A stretch of 64,000 bases of DNA from Bugula neritina (lineage: Eukaryota; Animalia; Bryozoa). Below the pieces are notes generated by a model that saw only the letters and a list, made by a program, of their open reading frames with translations, ran no database searches and was not told the origin of the DNA. Of the stretch, positions 1 to 14,500 are shown piece by piece. Within the stretch, counting starts at the first letter, position 1. The number at the start of each line of letters is the position of its first letter. The stretch covers positions 3,545,628 through 3,609,627 of the forward strand of contig OZ037771.1 in assembly GCA_964035545.1 (NCBI GenBank), in the 5' to 3' direction. The position numbers were made by a program, and so were the translations under genes.

Positions 1-1497
1 CAATCAAATGAGTTCATCACGAAATATGCACTGAAGTTTCAATATTAATATTTTATACTAATGGTTGCTGGAAGACGATTCACTCATCTAACATGGATGA
101 TATGCTATTGAATTGCATTTTTGTATGGTTGGCAAGACTCCAAATGCTAATATTACTTTTTAGTTTTCTCAAAAGTGGCTGATGCTTTTAGATATAATTA
201 CAAAACTAATAAATAGTTTGGTGATATATAGTATCAATATGTGTAGTTTTAGAGTTTGTTGGTTTTTCATTTTTCATAAAGTATTTGCATTTTAATACAG
301 AAAGCTAGTTAATATTCACATCACATAACTGATACATTTAGCTATTACTGGTTTCCTTACTTATATTACACTCACACAAGATCGTGAGAGATGATTACAA
401 AAGCTTGAAGCGAATGATGCAACTCGGCATTGAATAGCTTCTCAAATTGAGTTGTTTTCAGTATAGTGGAGAGGTGCTGTTATATTGCACTTGTATCTAA
501 TCATGCCCTGCCCTTGTCCTGTTACAACTGGGCGTACTTGCTTGGGTTTCCTTACCTCACCTCAAAGGTGTCATAATACCCCAACCAGTAACTATATGAA
601 TTGATTTTTGTCCTCTACACTCTACAGCATGGATTTGGAAAAATATTCTGTATTCTTTTCATTTGCACAGTTTGAGATTGATGAAAAGTTGAAGGCTAGT
701 TCTAGATGACATTGTAGATGCATGGGAGATTTAATCTTGTTTTTGCTTCAGAATACTCATGTCTTTAAACAAAGCATTGCTCTTTTGACAGCTGTGAATT
801 GTGATTTTCATGTATGCCAAGAAGGTTCTCTATTTTACTGAAAGTAATTGGAGACTAAAGTATAGATTTCAGAATAGACTGCTTGAATATATTAATATTG
901 CCACTCTGGACCATTAGCTAATCCGTCTAATGAATATTTCAACTAGTTACTAGTTCTCTTTCATCCCATTTCGGAGACAAAAAAGTCTCAACATAAATTG
1001 AATTAATACGACAACCTGTCAACCAACCAACTTCCTTTATTAATGATTTAATTTTTAAAGCAGGTCTTCTACTTAAGAATATATTATTTGGTGTAAGAAA
1101 TGATATTATCTATTGTGTGAGTTGGAAGTGGCTTAAAGTTTAAACTTTCAAGCTGGCTCAGTGTTTAAGCTGTGTGTTGCAATGAAAATTAGTAATAGTA
1201 GTATAATACCATGGACTCCATATCAAAAATCCTAAATCAATTCAAGATAAATTTGCACAAAATTTAATATAAAAAAAATCGTTTGAGCATACAGTCCTCT
1301 AACAGTCTGTAAATGATAGCTAAGGTATATATGAATGTTTTAATACTGCATAAATGAGATATGTCAGGGATTCTTTAAAGGACAAGGTTGTTGTATGTTC
1401 TCTATTTGATATGTCTTAAAGATCTGGTTGTTGTAGGGAGCCAGTGTGGTGACTCATGGAGCTGACTCACTAGATCGGCTACTGCTCTTTACACATC

Positions 1498-4400
1498 ATG
1501 GCCGCTCAGGCAGCCCCGCCCCCTAAAGATGTTACTATCAATGAAGTTGCCTCAGTTCTAAAATCTGGCTTCTTTTTTGTTACTGGTAGGTAATAATAAG
1601 ATCTACTTTTCTAATCAATTAGTGCCATTAGAACTCAGGTGTAGCATTAAAACACTAGACCTTTACTTGTCTATAATTTTTACTATTCAAGTTGATTGTG
1701 GCGCTACAGTAGTGAAGGATTTTTAGTTGCAACATGATTTTAATTTTCTGATAACTAGTAAATTGTAGTTGAATTGAACAGGCCTTACTCTTGATTAGAA
1801 GTTAATTTAAAATCATGAATATGAAATCACCTTAATCACTAAATATAAAAGAGGTTTCTATGTGATATATTCATAGAATTAATAACAAATCATTAAAACT
1901 ATTAAGCCGTCATTTTAATAGTTATTTGATTGAAAGACAACTATAATTATGATAGTGATATATAGCATGGTTATAGCATTATTAGTCACCTGGGTAAAAC
2001 AGATATAATTAGCCTGCATTTAGGTTTCATATAACATTTCGTAGTGCTATAATTTTGATATAGGAAGTCTCATGTTATATTCCAAAGATTGGTGTCAAGT
2101 TCACAATTAGTATAATTCGTACTAGATCACTTTAGTTAACCAGCTTTGTTTGGAAAAATGTCAGCTTGCCTAGGAAATCTAAAGAATTAGCTATTCTAAA
2201 TTCTACTCTCTTTATATCATTGCTTCTATTGTTAATAAAATGTATCAAATTACCATTTGCAAATGAAATGCATGCATCAGCTATTTAGTGCACCCAAACC
2301 ATCATGATGCAACATATGCCATATACACCAATAACATTTATTCCATGTTTATAATGTGTGTGTTTATGTGTGAGCATGTGCGTTCGTGCGTGTGCTGTGT
2401 GTGCTGTGTGCTGTGTGCGTGTGCTGCGTGTGCTGCGTGTGTCTGTGTGAGAGAGAGAGATTATGATATAGCATATAACGCATACACCGCTAACATTTAT
2501 TTCCATTTACATACCAAATACATGTATTATATATTCTACACTCCACCTATTCAGATTTTACAGCCGCAGCTCATCGGTAGAAATAACTCTCTGTTTTACA
2601 GGAAGTTCCTCTGCAGACGGTTATCCAATCATATTCTCTCTAGATGGAGTTCAACCGGAACCTTCCGAAGAGCTTCAAAGAAATGCATTGATATACATAG
2701 CCAGTCTCCCAACGTAAGTTTGTTCTAACTTGAAGCATGATTAGCAGATCAGTATATTATAAATGTATAGCATTTCACTAGTATTTCTATCTACATTTAG
2801 CCTGTGGTCAAAGTTTGGAGAAAAATGGTGGGGGGGGTACCCTTGCGCACCCCCTAACTTTTGACCCCTACATATAGTCTGGGAAGTGAAATAAAGCAGC
2901 CATGGTGCATAATACTTGTTGAGTTGACAAGTTAAAAAAAAACATAAATCTTTTTTTACTCAATTTACCTCAAAATGTTTTTATAATCAGCTGAAATAAT
3001 GAAAATACTTGAATGCTTATGGTAATTATGTAAGCCTTAATGCAAGGGTGCTTAGCACTTCACAGGGTCGGTTTTCAAACCTCGATGACTCATTAAAATT
3101 ATACTCTCTCATCACAAAGTGGTGTCTACTTGAAAGCATTTCATCGTTCATAACAGTCATACATTTGCCTTGAACATTGCTGTCGTCTACATAACACATT
3201 CACAATACAACAACTTCCAGGCAAATTTCAGAGCATTTTTAAAACTGGTATTTAAAACCAACTGAAAGCAAGAATTTCAAACTCTCTGATTAGACACCCC
3301 AGTCTTGGAACATAGTCCTGTGATAGAGTTGATACTCGAGGTTTCCGCATACTGAGATGATAACTTCTGTTTATCCCTTAAATGAGTGCTGCGTGCATAT
3401 TGCAGCTGTTATGTTACTCATGTGATGAAAGTTCATATCTATACAATGTAATATTATACCACTAGGTGCATAGTGGGTAGTTAGGCATGTAACTTTTCAT
3501 ACATGATGTGCAGGTTTCTATTTCTTGTTAAAATACTCATTTTCCATTTCACGAACTTTATCTCTTTCACTTGCAAAGCCCTTGCTTTTCTTTAAAAAGT
3601 AGTTCAAACTAGTTCTCAATGAAAACAAATGGATTCCATCATGATTTTCACACACATTTACTGTAGAGAAAAACACTAAATATGTGAAACATGCTAATAA
3701 TAATTGCCACATATTGTGTATCTAACTCAAGTGTATACGGAAATTGTGTATATCTGCGCAGGTTGAAATCTACGAGTCAAACTAGACAACGGTAGGCAGG
3801 CAATTCTCTTTGTGCACCTCTTCTCAGTTTTATATTCCAGTGCTTTGTGTAAAATGTGCTCTAAACACCGGTGGTGACTGTAGGTTTAGTAGGCTATGCA
3901 GTGTGTAGTAACATGGGGTCTGCATGGGAGACAACTTAGCCTAAGATTCTTGAAGAGTTAAATTAGTAGCTTCCAATTGCATTCTTATTACATTTTATCT
4001 CTTTCTTCTATCCCCGTTGTATATGCCAGCAAGTAGAATGTATGACAATCCATTTAGCTGTGGTATTCCGTACAGTGGTTTAATTTTTTCAAGGTTAAAT
4101 TTTGTGTTACTTGAGTGATTTCTTCTTTTCTCCACTGTGTGCTAAAGACTTTGTGCACTGCACTTTCTGTACTTTTAAACAAGAGATCTTAGTTACTTGG
4201 TTTTTACCTCTATTACTCTTCTTTACCACAAGTTTAGTTTTTAGTATTGTTTGGTGATGGTTTACCGAGCTATCAAATTAAAAATATTGCTTCAGCAGAA
4301 GAATTTTTTACAGAGATAAACGGAAAAAGAAGAAAACATACATTATTATTGCTATAATTAAAACAATTTATTTTTCCACCTCATGCAGAATGCAATCGCA

Positions 4401-5516
4401 ATATGTGAAATGCGCTTTAAGCTGTGAAAACATGAGAATAATGATCGAGCTGTTGGTACAAGCTCAGCAGTAAATAAAGCATGACATTGTAAAGAATGCT
4501 CAGTAGTCTGTCATAATAATATTATAATGATGGGAGTTATTTCTACTTTCTAGATTTTCCACTGACAAAAATCTACACTACTGTTTTGTGTTGGACAGAA
4601 GAAAATCATCGTGGGCATGTGTGAGAAAGATATACAACATTATCACAGTAAGTACACACTGTGTTACTAAAAGTCACACAGCTTTTTCAATTAATATGAG
4701 CAAGTTTGTAAATAAAACCATGAAAGTAGCTTCAGAAAAACAGTTATTGATTTTCGCTGCTTAGCATAATGACCTTTCTTGAAGATAGCTTTCTAAGATG
4801 CCCTCTTTTTGTGCTTTGTTTTGCTAAAGGTTAACGTCCTTTGGGTGAGTGACTTTCTTAAGAACTTAAATTAAGCTTGAAATCAAAATGTTTGGCTGCA
4901 GCTGAGAAATTATTATTTTATGCTGAGTTTTTGGAATGAGGTCAGGTGGTGGCTCAAAGTTCATGACCTGAGTTTAGTCACACTTGGTGAAAGACAAGCT
5001 CAAGGAGAAAATAGAGCAAGTTATTTGTTCCACTAGCATAAGTTCTGCACTAGTTTAAAGTTCTACAGAATAGCAGAAAGTTACGGTCAATTAGAAAACA
5101 ATTAACCTAATCTGAGTCAAGTGCTAATTACTGTTTATTTTCTATCAATGTAGTCAAATACTATAGTAGGAGTTGTTCTCTTTTTAACTTTCATATCAAC
5201 TTTTCCAGACGACGTTTAGCAGACCATTGAAAGAGATAGTCCTCTTACAGCCTGCTGGGTTTTTCCAAAAGAGGTACAGTCTCAGTGAAACGGGAAAACT
5301 ACAGAATGAATTTCCTGACTTTCAGGTACTGTGCTGATTCTTGTCTGCTCTTTGGTTGATTGTAGATTGACTGGTGAGAATTTAAAAATCTGCCACAGTT
5401 CAAACAAGTCTGCTGATTAGAATTATTTACATGGGGAGATGATTTTAATTTGGTTTTGAAAAGAATTTGATTTGTTGAGTAACGTTAACAGAAATAATCA
5501 AGATTTGTTAATTTTG

Positions 5517-5586
<70 letters not shown>

Positions 5587-8500
5587 CTCATTTATCTTAA
5601 TGAGTCCTTCTAAGTTTAAAATCTACTTTGTATCTATAGTATTATTTTCTGACGTGATGTCACTCACCCTGATTCTATTTACAGACAGTATATTCACTAT
5701 TTCCCACTGAGTATACTTTGCAGATACAAGAAATGAATATTAAAACTAAATGTCTCTTATATGCTACATTACCAATAGTTAGAGACTGTCTAAAAATTTT
5801 TGTCATTGAACATGTTTACAGACCATAGCACTAGATGACACTGAGAGTTTGATCCAGAGATACGGAGCTGAGAGTATTTGTGAGCAGCTGGGAGGCAGCG
5901 TCATCAGTTGTGTTGACGGCTTTATTCAGCAGCGAATGGTACGCTAGACACCAACTAGACAGCGCTACAAATATAACCCTCTCCACTTTTTCATTTACAA
6001 AAAACACAGATGGAGCATTCCATATTCTGAATTTAGACATGGCCCAGTAACAACTTTTTTTTATGTATTACACTATAAAGTAATACAAATATGCTTTAAC
6101 TTGTATATATATGTTTTTAATGCAGACATCAAATGCAATTTATTGTCTGAATTTTTCATCAAAGATTTATTTAAAGTTGATTGTCTGTGTTGGTTTAGTC
6201 GATAGACTCTCTGGAAACGAACTGTTTGGATCTTGAAGAAAGAGTAAAAGAGTTGCTGCTGAATGATATCCAGAATGACATGGAAATTCCAAATGACGTC
6301 GCGTCAACTGAAGCTCTTCTGAATGAACATGCAGTGAGTTGATATAATATAATATAATATAGTATAATATAATGTAATATAATATAATGTAATGTAATGT
6401 AATTTAATATAACATAATATAATATAGTATAAAATAATATAATATAATATAGTATAGTATAATATAATGTAATATAATATAATATTATATGATATAATAT
6501 AATATAGTACAATACAATATAGTATAACATAATATAATATAACATACCATAATATAATATAATATAATATAGTATAACATAACATAACATAACATAACAT
6601 AGCATAACATAACATAATATAGTATAATATAATATAATAATATACAATATAGTATAGCATAATATGATATAATATAATATGATATGAAGGTATAACAAAA
6701 TATAACATGATATAATATAATATAACATAAAATAATGCAATATTATATAATATGAGACAATGTATCTTACATTTTCAAGTCGTTTATCAGCTTTTCCTTT
6801 TAGTTTGTGAGAAAATGAGTTATTTTAGTAAAGGAAGTAGGAAATGTTATGCCGTGTTGAACAAGTATAATTTATATCTTGTACTGTTCCTTGTATCTGG
6901 ATTGTAGTTTTGCCATTTTCTATTTATTGATACAACTGCAACTTAAAATAATTTATTCCCAAACCTTAAAAGCAAGCAGTGCAGTCCTTATACAAGCAGT
7001 TGTTCAGCCCATGACCAAGCAATATGGTAGAGGTCTAAATTCAGCTCCTTAATGGCCAGGAGATCTATGTGCAGTGATGTGATTCGCTGTTTTATAGGAA
7101 GTCAAGACAAATCTATCCGATGAGATCACTAATATAAAGAGTCAGGGGGAAGTAGTCTTACAGTGTTTCAGGGCAGCAGAGAATAGCCTGTCAGCCAATC
7201 AGCAAATGCTTCACATCCAGGAAGTTCAAAAGTAAGCTGGACAGAACTTTCTAATTGAGTTTCTTTATTATTTGGCTCTAGTTTTATACTGGGTTTAAGT
7301 ACCATGAGTAGACAAATCTGTATGGATATAATATAAAATTGTATACATTGATATCTAGACAAATGTCTCATTTTGAAAATTTGGTTGGAACCGGAGTTGC
7401 CTTTCCACTATCCATATAAACTCTTTCTTGCTTATATGCAATTCGCTATTGAAGTTTCATGCTGCTGTGATTGAACAATGTTGGCTACAGAAAGTTTGTT
7501 AAAAGCATCTTGAAATTATTATATACCATGGCTTCCATAAATTCTAACTGCATGCATTTTCAACAGCTTTGTTTCAATATTTTCTAAACTGCTATAATTC
7601 GGTGGACGCATGGCGGTGAGCTCTTAATTTATATAATAATTTTGTTTAGACTGTCAAACCGACTTGATGATTTGGAGAATGCAATCACTGACTACTGGGA
7701 CAAGGAGGAACGTAAACTACAAGAATTTATGAAACTTCGAGAGTTTCATGACGAGTTTAAAGTGGTAAGTTGATATTATCAGAAGCTTGAACCAGCTTGG
7801 TTTTTTGTCAGCTGTCAAAAGTTGGAAACAGCAGCGTTTATTTGTGCACAGTTAAACATAATTATATACACTGAGAGCTGTGGTGGTCTAATAGTTAGAG
7901 CAGTGGCTAGTAAACACAAGGTCAGTGGTTCAAGCTCCAGTAAAGGCCATTGGTGTTGTTAGGAAGAACATTCAGTCATATTTGCTCCTTTGCCACAATA
8001 AAAATAAAACACTTCGGTTGGCTCTCACTCTATCTCTCTTTCCCTTGCAGCTGCACCACAATCTAAACAGACTGAGTGAACTTCTGACTAATGTCAAGGA
8101 CTATGTAGGCTCAGTAGAAGAAGCCGTAGGTAATTCTAAGAAGTTAACAAAACTGGATAAAGACTCTCAGGTGACTCCCAGCTCATAATCGCTTCTATGT
8201 GTGACACAAACTCTCTATTGTAAGCTACTGGATGTAGTGCGGTTTGCAAAAACATTATAATCAAAGTATATATTAATTATAGTTGAATTTCAACACCTAC
8301 ACACATGCGTGATATTGGTTTGTCAATAATATTAATTGCATGCCTTATGTCAGTTGCATGCGTAGGCATAAATTCCGTGTTAGCAAGAATCTTTAATAGA
8401 GATTTTCTTTAGATGGCAAAACCTTTTTTATTTAATGTTATTTGTAAAGAGAGGAAAGTTTCTGTTATACTTTATTAACATCAAACTGAACTCTTCCCTA

Positions 8501-11500
8501 GGACCTGCTGAGCAGATGCAAGTGGCTGGCGCAGGTTTGGAGCAGCAAACTAAGCTCCTCAGATAACATGACTCTGCACACGGTTGGTCCAAAGTGCGAG
8601 GAGTTGTCGCGACTTCATAGCTTGTGTACGGAATCCCTCTGCTACAAGCAAAAACTCGCCTCAAAGCAATCAGCAATGTATGAACATGTTGATCAGGTGA
8701 GATGTTGATCATAATTGGTGAGGGCATGATAAGTATTGATAGGTATTGGTTATAAACTATTTGTTTATAGTTAATTTATCAACATTTATTGATTCAACGT
8801 TTTCCTTCAAAATAAAAAATACCTATTGTAAAAAATTTTTTATAGGTGAAATAATAAACCAATTTTAGTTTTAAACTTCACTGTTACAGGACTAGTTGTG
8901 TGAAACTTAAGGTAAATAATGGTGCTAGCATATTGTGATGATTTAAATTTCATGGTGTTAAAAATACTTAGAAGCTATTAAATTATTTACCAGATAATTC
9001 ATAGTAACTGAACGTTCTCCAGTGCAAGTCAAAATGTTGTAGTTCAGCTTTTTATCCCACTGTGTTTTGGTCAAGCAATCAACTAACTGCCAATTAAGTA
9101 GAGATTTGCACTTTAACTTAAATAGATTAAACTTACTGAAAATGAGTTTTCTATGGCAAGCCATAAAAATTGACAATTAAGTTTTTGGCTAGTTTTAAAT
9201 TGACAACTTTGTAGTTTAGTTAATATTTCAAAGAGAGATCACTTCAAGGCAAAACTATATAATTAGGATGCAGCATTTAATTAGTTCTAATCGTGTGAGT
9301 AGCAGATGTACTGCTTCTCAATTGATCACAAAGTTGTACCTTGTTCAAATGTCATAACATTTTATTGGAAGCTAACAGAAAAAATTTAATCAGGAGCCAT
9401 TTGTCAATTTGATTTAGTGATGGCTCAGGTCATCTCATCAAAGCTACCTTTATCCTATGAGATACTTATTGTGACAACACATTATAATAGTTTCCACGGC
9501 AACCTTTAATAAAATGATTCATATGCATAACCTGTACAGGCTCAGCAGTGGTTGTCAGATGATATCAGCCACGTGCCTAGTGCAGACGTTGAGAGTGAAA
9601 CCGAGAGTGACATCTCTCAACAAGTTGTTCAGATCGAGTGTCAGATAGCCATTGGCAAGTTTTTGGAAATTATCAATTTTGAAGAATTCATAAAGACATA
9701 CACAGAGGTGTTGACTGATGAGTCAGAGGTAAGCAGATAAGAATACAGAGAGGTTTGGAGTATAAGAATGTGAAACTGAAAGAAACTGTGGACTTTAGAG
9801 TTCTTTGAAGACTTCAAAAATTTAAATGGAAAATTGAATTTGTCGTAAAAAAAATTTTGTTTCAAATAGTTATAATTTATTTACCTCCTGTTTAGACAGG
9901 TAGAATTGCTATTTTTTCTGTTCCATGCTTACTTGAATAGACATGGCACACATTGGTTAAATTTCAACTTATTTCCTTAATCGAAAAGCTTGGGAAAGAG
10001 TGGATCACATCTGCATGGTGACATAGTTTATTTCACCTAGTCTAACTTTAAGTTGCAAAACAAGGAAAAAATATGCATGTCCTAAAAATATATATGTTTT
10101 AATGCTTGCCAAAACCAAACTTCTTGATTGAATGCAACTGCTGAAGTAGCATATGATAGACTAGCATTTAAACACGTGTATCATTTCCAGCTGCTAGTGA
10201 ATGAACTGTATCAGAAGGTCATGGACCTGATGGCACGTTACGAGATGAGAAAGTATTCTCTACGAGAAAGAATCTCCAAACTGTTTACACCAAATAAATC
10301 GGGCAAGAAAGAAAAGGTATAATGCTTCACTTATTTCTACCGTGAAATTAAAAACTAAATCAGAATGTCAATTGCAATTCTGAAGATATCAAGGTTACTC
10401 TTAAAGACCTACAAAGAGTGAAGCTTTATAAGGCATGTTCAGTGCCTAGGTGCTTTGATAGTTTTGAAAGCTATCAGAATACCTGCCTTACCTGTGCATA
10501 AATTATTACTGAATTATGCTAATTTGTTGTAAACCTTGAGCACACTTTTCAGACTAGGAAAGTATTATTCTGATATGAAATGTTATTCAACAATAATTAG
10601 TATTCATATTTTTATGAATATTAATACGAGGAAGGTAAAGGTTACTCATGGCTAGTGCGTTTGGCTTGTTTTGTTTCCCCATCCTCCCTGTTGTAATGAC
10701 TCACTCAAGTTTAAGCAGACCTACAGTGTGCTAATACCAAATATGGTTATCTGCTGCAAGTAGCATGATGTAATATACAGACATGGTGGGTCCACTGAAA
10801 CTTGATTCGGTTGCCAAAAATTCAAATTAAAGCTTCAACCCTAAAAGATTCTCATCTGATGACAACTTTTGCCAGATTGTTTTAGTGTACTTATTGCTTG
10901 ATATTATTTTATTTACATATATTTTCTAACATGAATAAATTCAACACTCTACCTTATTTATTCACAACTATGTGATACATTGTTGGGCTTTTCAACAACT
11001 AATTGGAAATTTTTTTTATTGAAATATAACTTATAGGAGTTATAGTTTATTGGCGTCTGTAACGTCAATAAATAATAATAATGGAAACAGGATGTTTTGA
11101 AATCGTTTGTGAAAACAAAACAATAGCAGAAGTAACTCATACGTCAGTAATTAAAAATATTTTAGCAACCATCATAAGTTTGGGAAATCGACTTCTCCAC
11201 CTGCCTTTTGCCTTCAAACTAAAACAGTTCAGACATGCCACGGCTTGTAGCTGACTGCCCATGTCATTTTATTCAGGGAGTTTGTACAAAGTTTAGAATG
11301 ACTCATTTAATGTCTGTTTATTGTTCTCTGGTATCACATTAGCAATCTGTAGGTTTCAGACTTACCATTATATTATGACTCACCAAGTGTTAATAATTTA
11401 GGGATAACCTTTTATAAATTGCCATGCTGTAGAGAAGTATAATCTCACATTATCTGAGTTCATAGAAAAATCTTGACTGTTCTGAATGTATCAATTTTCA

Positions 11501-14500
11501 GTAGTTGTAAATGCTTTTACTTTGGCTTATTAGCTTTTGATGCCTTATATATTATTAGATTTCAATGCATTATGTTATGTTACAAGCTTTAAATGCATTC
11601 AAGTCGCTGCAAAGTCAGATACTACTATTCTCATTAATAAAGGCCAAAATTAGTAAATGAAAAATTTAACGCAAAATGGCTCTGCAGCTGCTCTGGTGTA
11701 TTAAAGACTAATAATTGTTATCCTCAGTAGCTGCAGCATGTAATTTTATTTACTGTTAAATTGTGTTTCCTACTTTAGCAATCAAAGAGCAGAGCTCCCT
11801 CACTGCCAGCTTTGTCATTCTTGAAAACACCGAGCGCTGATGACATCATCGAAAAGATCAAACCAGACACTGGAAAGGTGTGTATTACATTGTGTATTAC
11901 ATTGTGTATTGCATTGCCTATTGCATTGTGTATTGCATTGCCTATTGCATTGTGTATTGCATTGAGCTTTGAATTATGCTTTGCATTGTGTATTGCATTG
12001 TGTTTGCATAGCATATGCACTAACCAATAATTAAATAGTGCATTAATTTAACAGTTTGAAATGATTAAAGTTGAAAACTAGCTATAGTTTATAATTAGTT
12101 ATGCTAGCCAGCTATGCCTTGTTAATGATGCATTCAGTATTGCTTATAACAATATTACTACTGGTCTTAGAGTCACTGTATATTGGGAGTTTAAAACGTG
12201 TGATATGTATTGTAGCTTTAAATGCATCAGTTTTAAAAAGTTGCCAATTTCAATTATTGAAAAAAGATAAAACACTTCCATAAAAGAATAGACAGTAATT
12301 TATTTTAATGGAATTTTATTTCAAGTATTATTTAAGTGTCTTTTATTTGATGCATGTGTTTCGTGTTCAAATTAAACTATGAATTTTCTTTTGACTAATT
12401 TTATTTTCTAGATGTGTTACTTTATTTTTATGTGTTGTGTGATATCTAGTCAATCTGCATTCCAACCTTTGGAAAATATGATAACAAGTCTAATTCTTTA
12501 TCTGACTCATTACAAAATCAAACTACTCAGACATAATTGCTGAATTCCAAATTTGCAGCTCAGCGCTATAAATAGCGCAGGTGGCCACTTGTTATTCAAT
12601 GCTATGGTATTTTCCAACCTTTACAGCTAATGAAAAGGAGGATTTCTTTAAATATTTTCAAACTTCCATCTTACGCCGACAATAAGGAGTCAAAATTATA
12701 CTCTCCGGAGTTGTCCCCTGAAATTGTCTGCCCGACTAACAGCAGTATGAAAGTATGTGCTGTTGTGCATGCCGTGGTATTAGCTGCTAGAGCTATCATT
12801 GTTCTATGCCAGGCATGCTCTCTCTCTGTTGTAGACATAACGTATTGCACAAACTATCTAGTCGTAGTTTTTCTTCTCTTCACAGTTTCTTAGAGATTTG
12901 TCAGCTCTTGCACATAACCAGGGTTGCTAACTTCTTGTAAACTAATTCTTTGTTTAGAAATTGTAGAAAGCTTCACCTCTGCATTTTAAACTTTAGGAGT
13001 AGGTGCTTGCCACAAACTATCAATTTCTCTTGATGACTTTAACTTAAACTCTTCTTAATTATATAGATTTCTTTAGTCAATGTCCGTGTTTTCTTTTGTG
13101 TGCATTAGGTGTTATCTGCACCAGTTTCTTCAGGCTAGATGTTATCTGTAACAGTTTCTTCTAGCTAACTGTGCCAGTTTCTTTTTTACAACAGCTATGT
13201 GTTATCTGCCCAATTTTCTTTTCTACAATAAGTGTTATCTGCATAAGTTGCTTTCCATTAATTAGCATTGTGAGGGGCAGCAGACCTTTGTTAAACTTTA
13301 GTTTTTCACCTCAGTTCCTCTTGATGTGTATTGTGTACCATCTACACACTACTGCTAGCACAAAAGGTGTTAATCTCATGCATGTTACCAAACAAACTGT
13401 GGTTGTAGTTCTTACATGTAATTTATCTTGTAGAAATGTATTGATATAGTTACTTTTCACGTTTTTCATTCAAGTTTATTTAAAGTGTTTATTTAAAATG
13501 ACTCTCAAACTTGAAAACCTGTAATCTCTAAAATTAACCAAAAGCACTTTCAAACATGGCTTTTTCATTAGTAACTCTTCTGGTTTTGCTACACATTTTA
13601 GCCCAGTGCTTGTAGAAGTCATAGCAAAAAATGAATACAGTACTATTTATTTGAATCTTTAAAATTTTTACTGATAGCTCGAGAAACTTGATCTAAATTG
13701 TTTAGCAGTGTGAGATGTGCCCAATTGCTACCGGCCATCAGAACAATAAAGTAAGGAACACTGGTTAGAGAATGGTTTCACGTCTCAGAATAAACAAGGG
13801 GTGTTAATTTGCAATTTGGTGTTACAAGAGTTCAAATCTCGCTTAGGCAAAAACACACTTTTGCATCTAACTCCATTTTTTAAAATAAAAAGATATCATA
13901 TAAACATTTAAAAAAGCTTTGCAATGTTTAAATATTTATGCATATGCAAAAAACTTCTCACATAAATTAAAATTACGTTGCGTTCAGGTACGAGACAAGA
14001 AGAATTCGTCTAAACGAGGAGAAAGCCTGGGAAGTGTTACTTCTGATACCTCATCCATGATGTCTTCTTACACCATCGAAGAGGTACAGTGTATGACTAG
14101 CATTGACATCTGCAGTATATATTTTATAACCTGTAGACGTGTGTGGTTTTGCAGATCAATGACAGTTTTATTTACTCTGTATTAGATTTAGCTTCCCTGA
14201 ATTGTTGTACAACTATTTACTAAACTAAAGTAATGACTGATATATAAAAATAATACCTTAGAATCCCGGTCCAGCGAGCCCCACTGACAGCTCTCTTTCA
14301 CAGAAGTACCACAAAAGCGAGACAGATCACCATAGTGAAAGCAGCGAACTGCTGTCGGAAAGCAGCGACCAGTTCACCGCTCTAGCAAAGGTCAGCTTTG
14401 TATTATAACTACGTAGTAACCATTAATATGCTTAGCCTCAAAAACGCGTTCACAGTTGAGTTTCAACTGTAGTCTGTCATGGGCATAATATATTTGTTCA

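Noticed and set aside
2801-2872. Short hairpin with G/C-run core, possibly a tiny MITE
   Set aside because: The arms are short and imperfect, there is no clear TSD and no second copy in the window.
6195-6740. Long Tyr/Ile-rich ORFs (also 31043-31531, 31828-32046, 45116-45416)
   Set aside because: They are translations of AT microsatellites, with no splice or homology support.
11836-11860. CTGATGA...GAAA hammerhead core
   Set aside because: It lies within a coding exon (ADDIIEK) and has no supporting helices.
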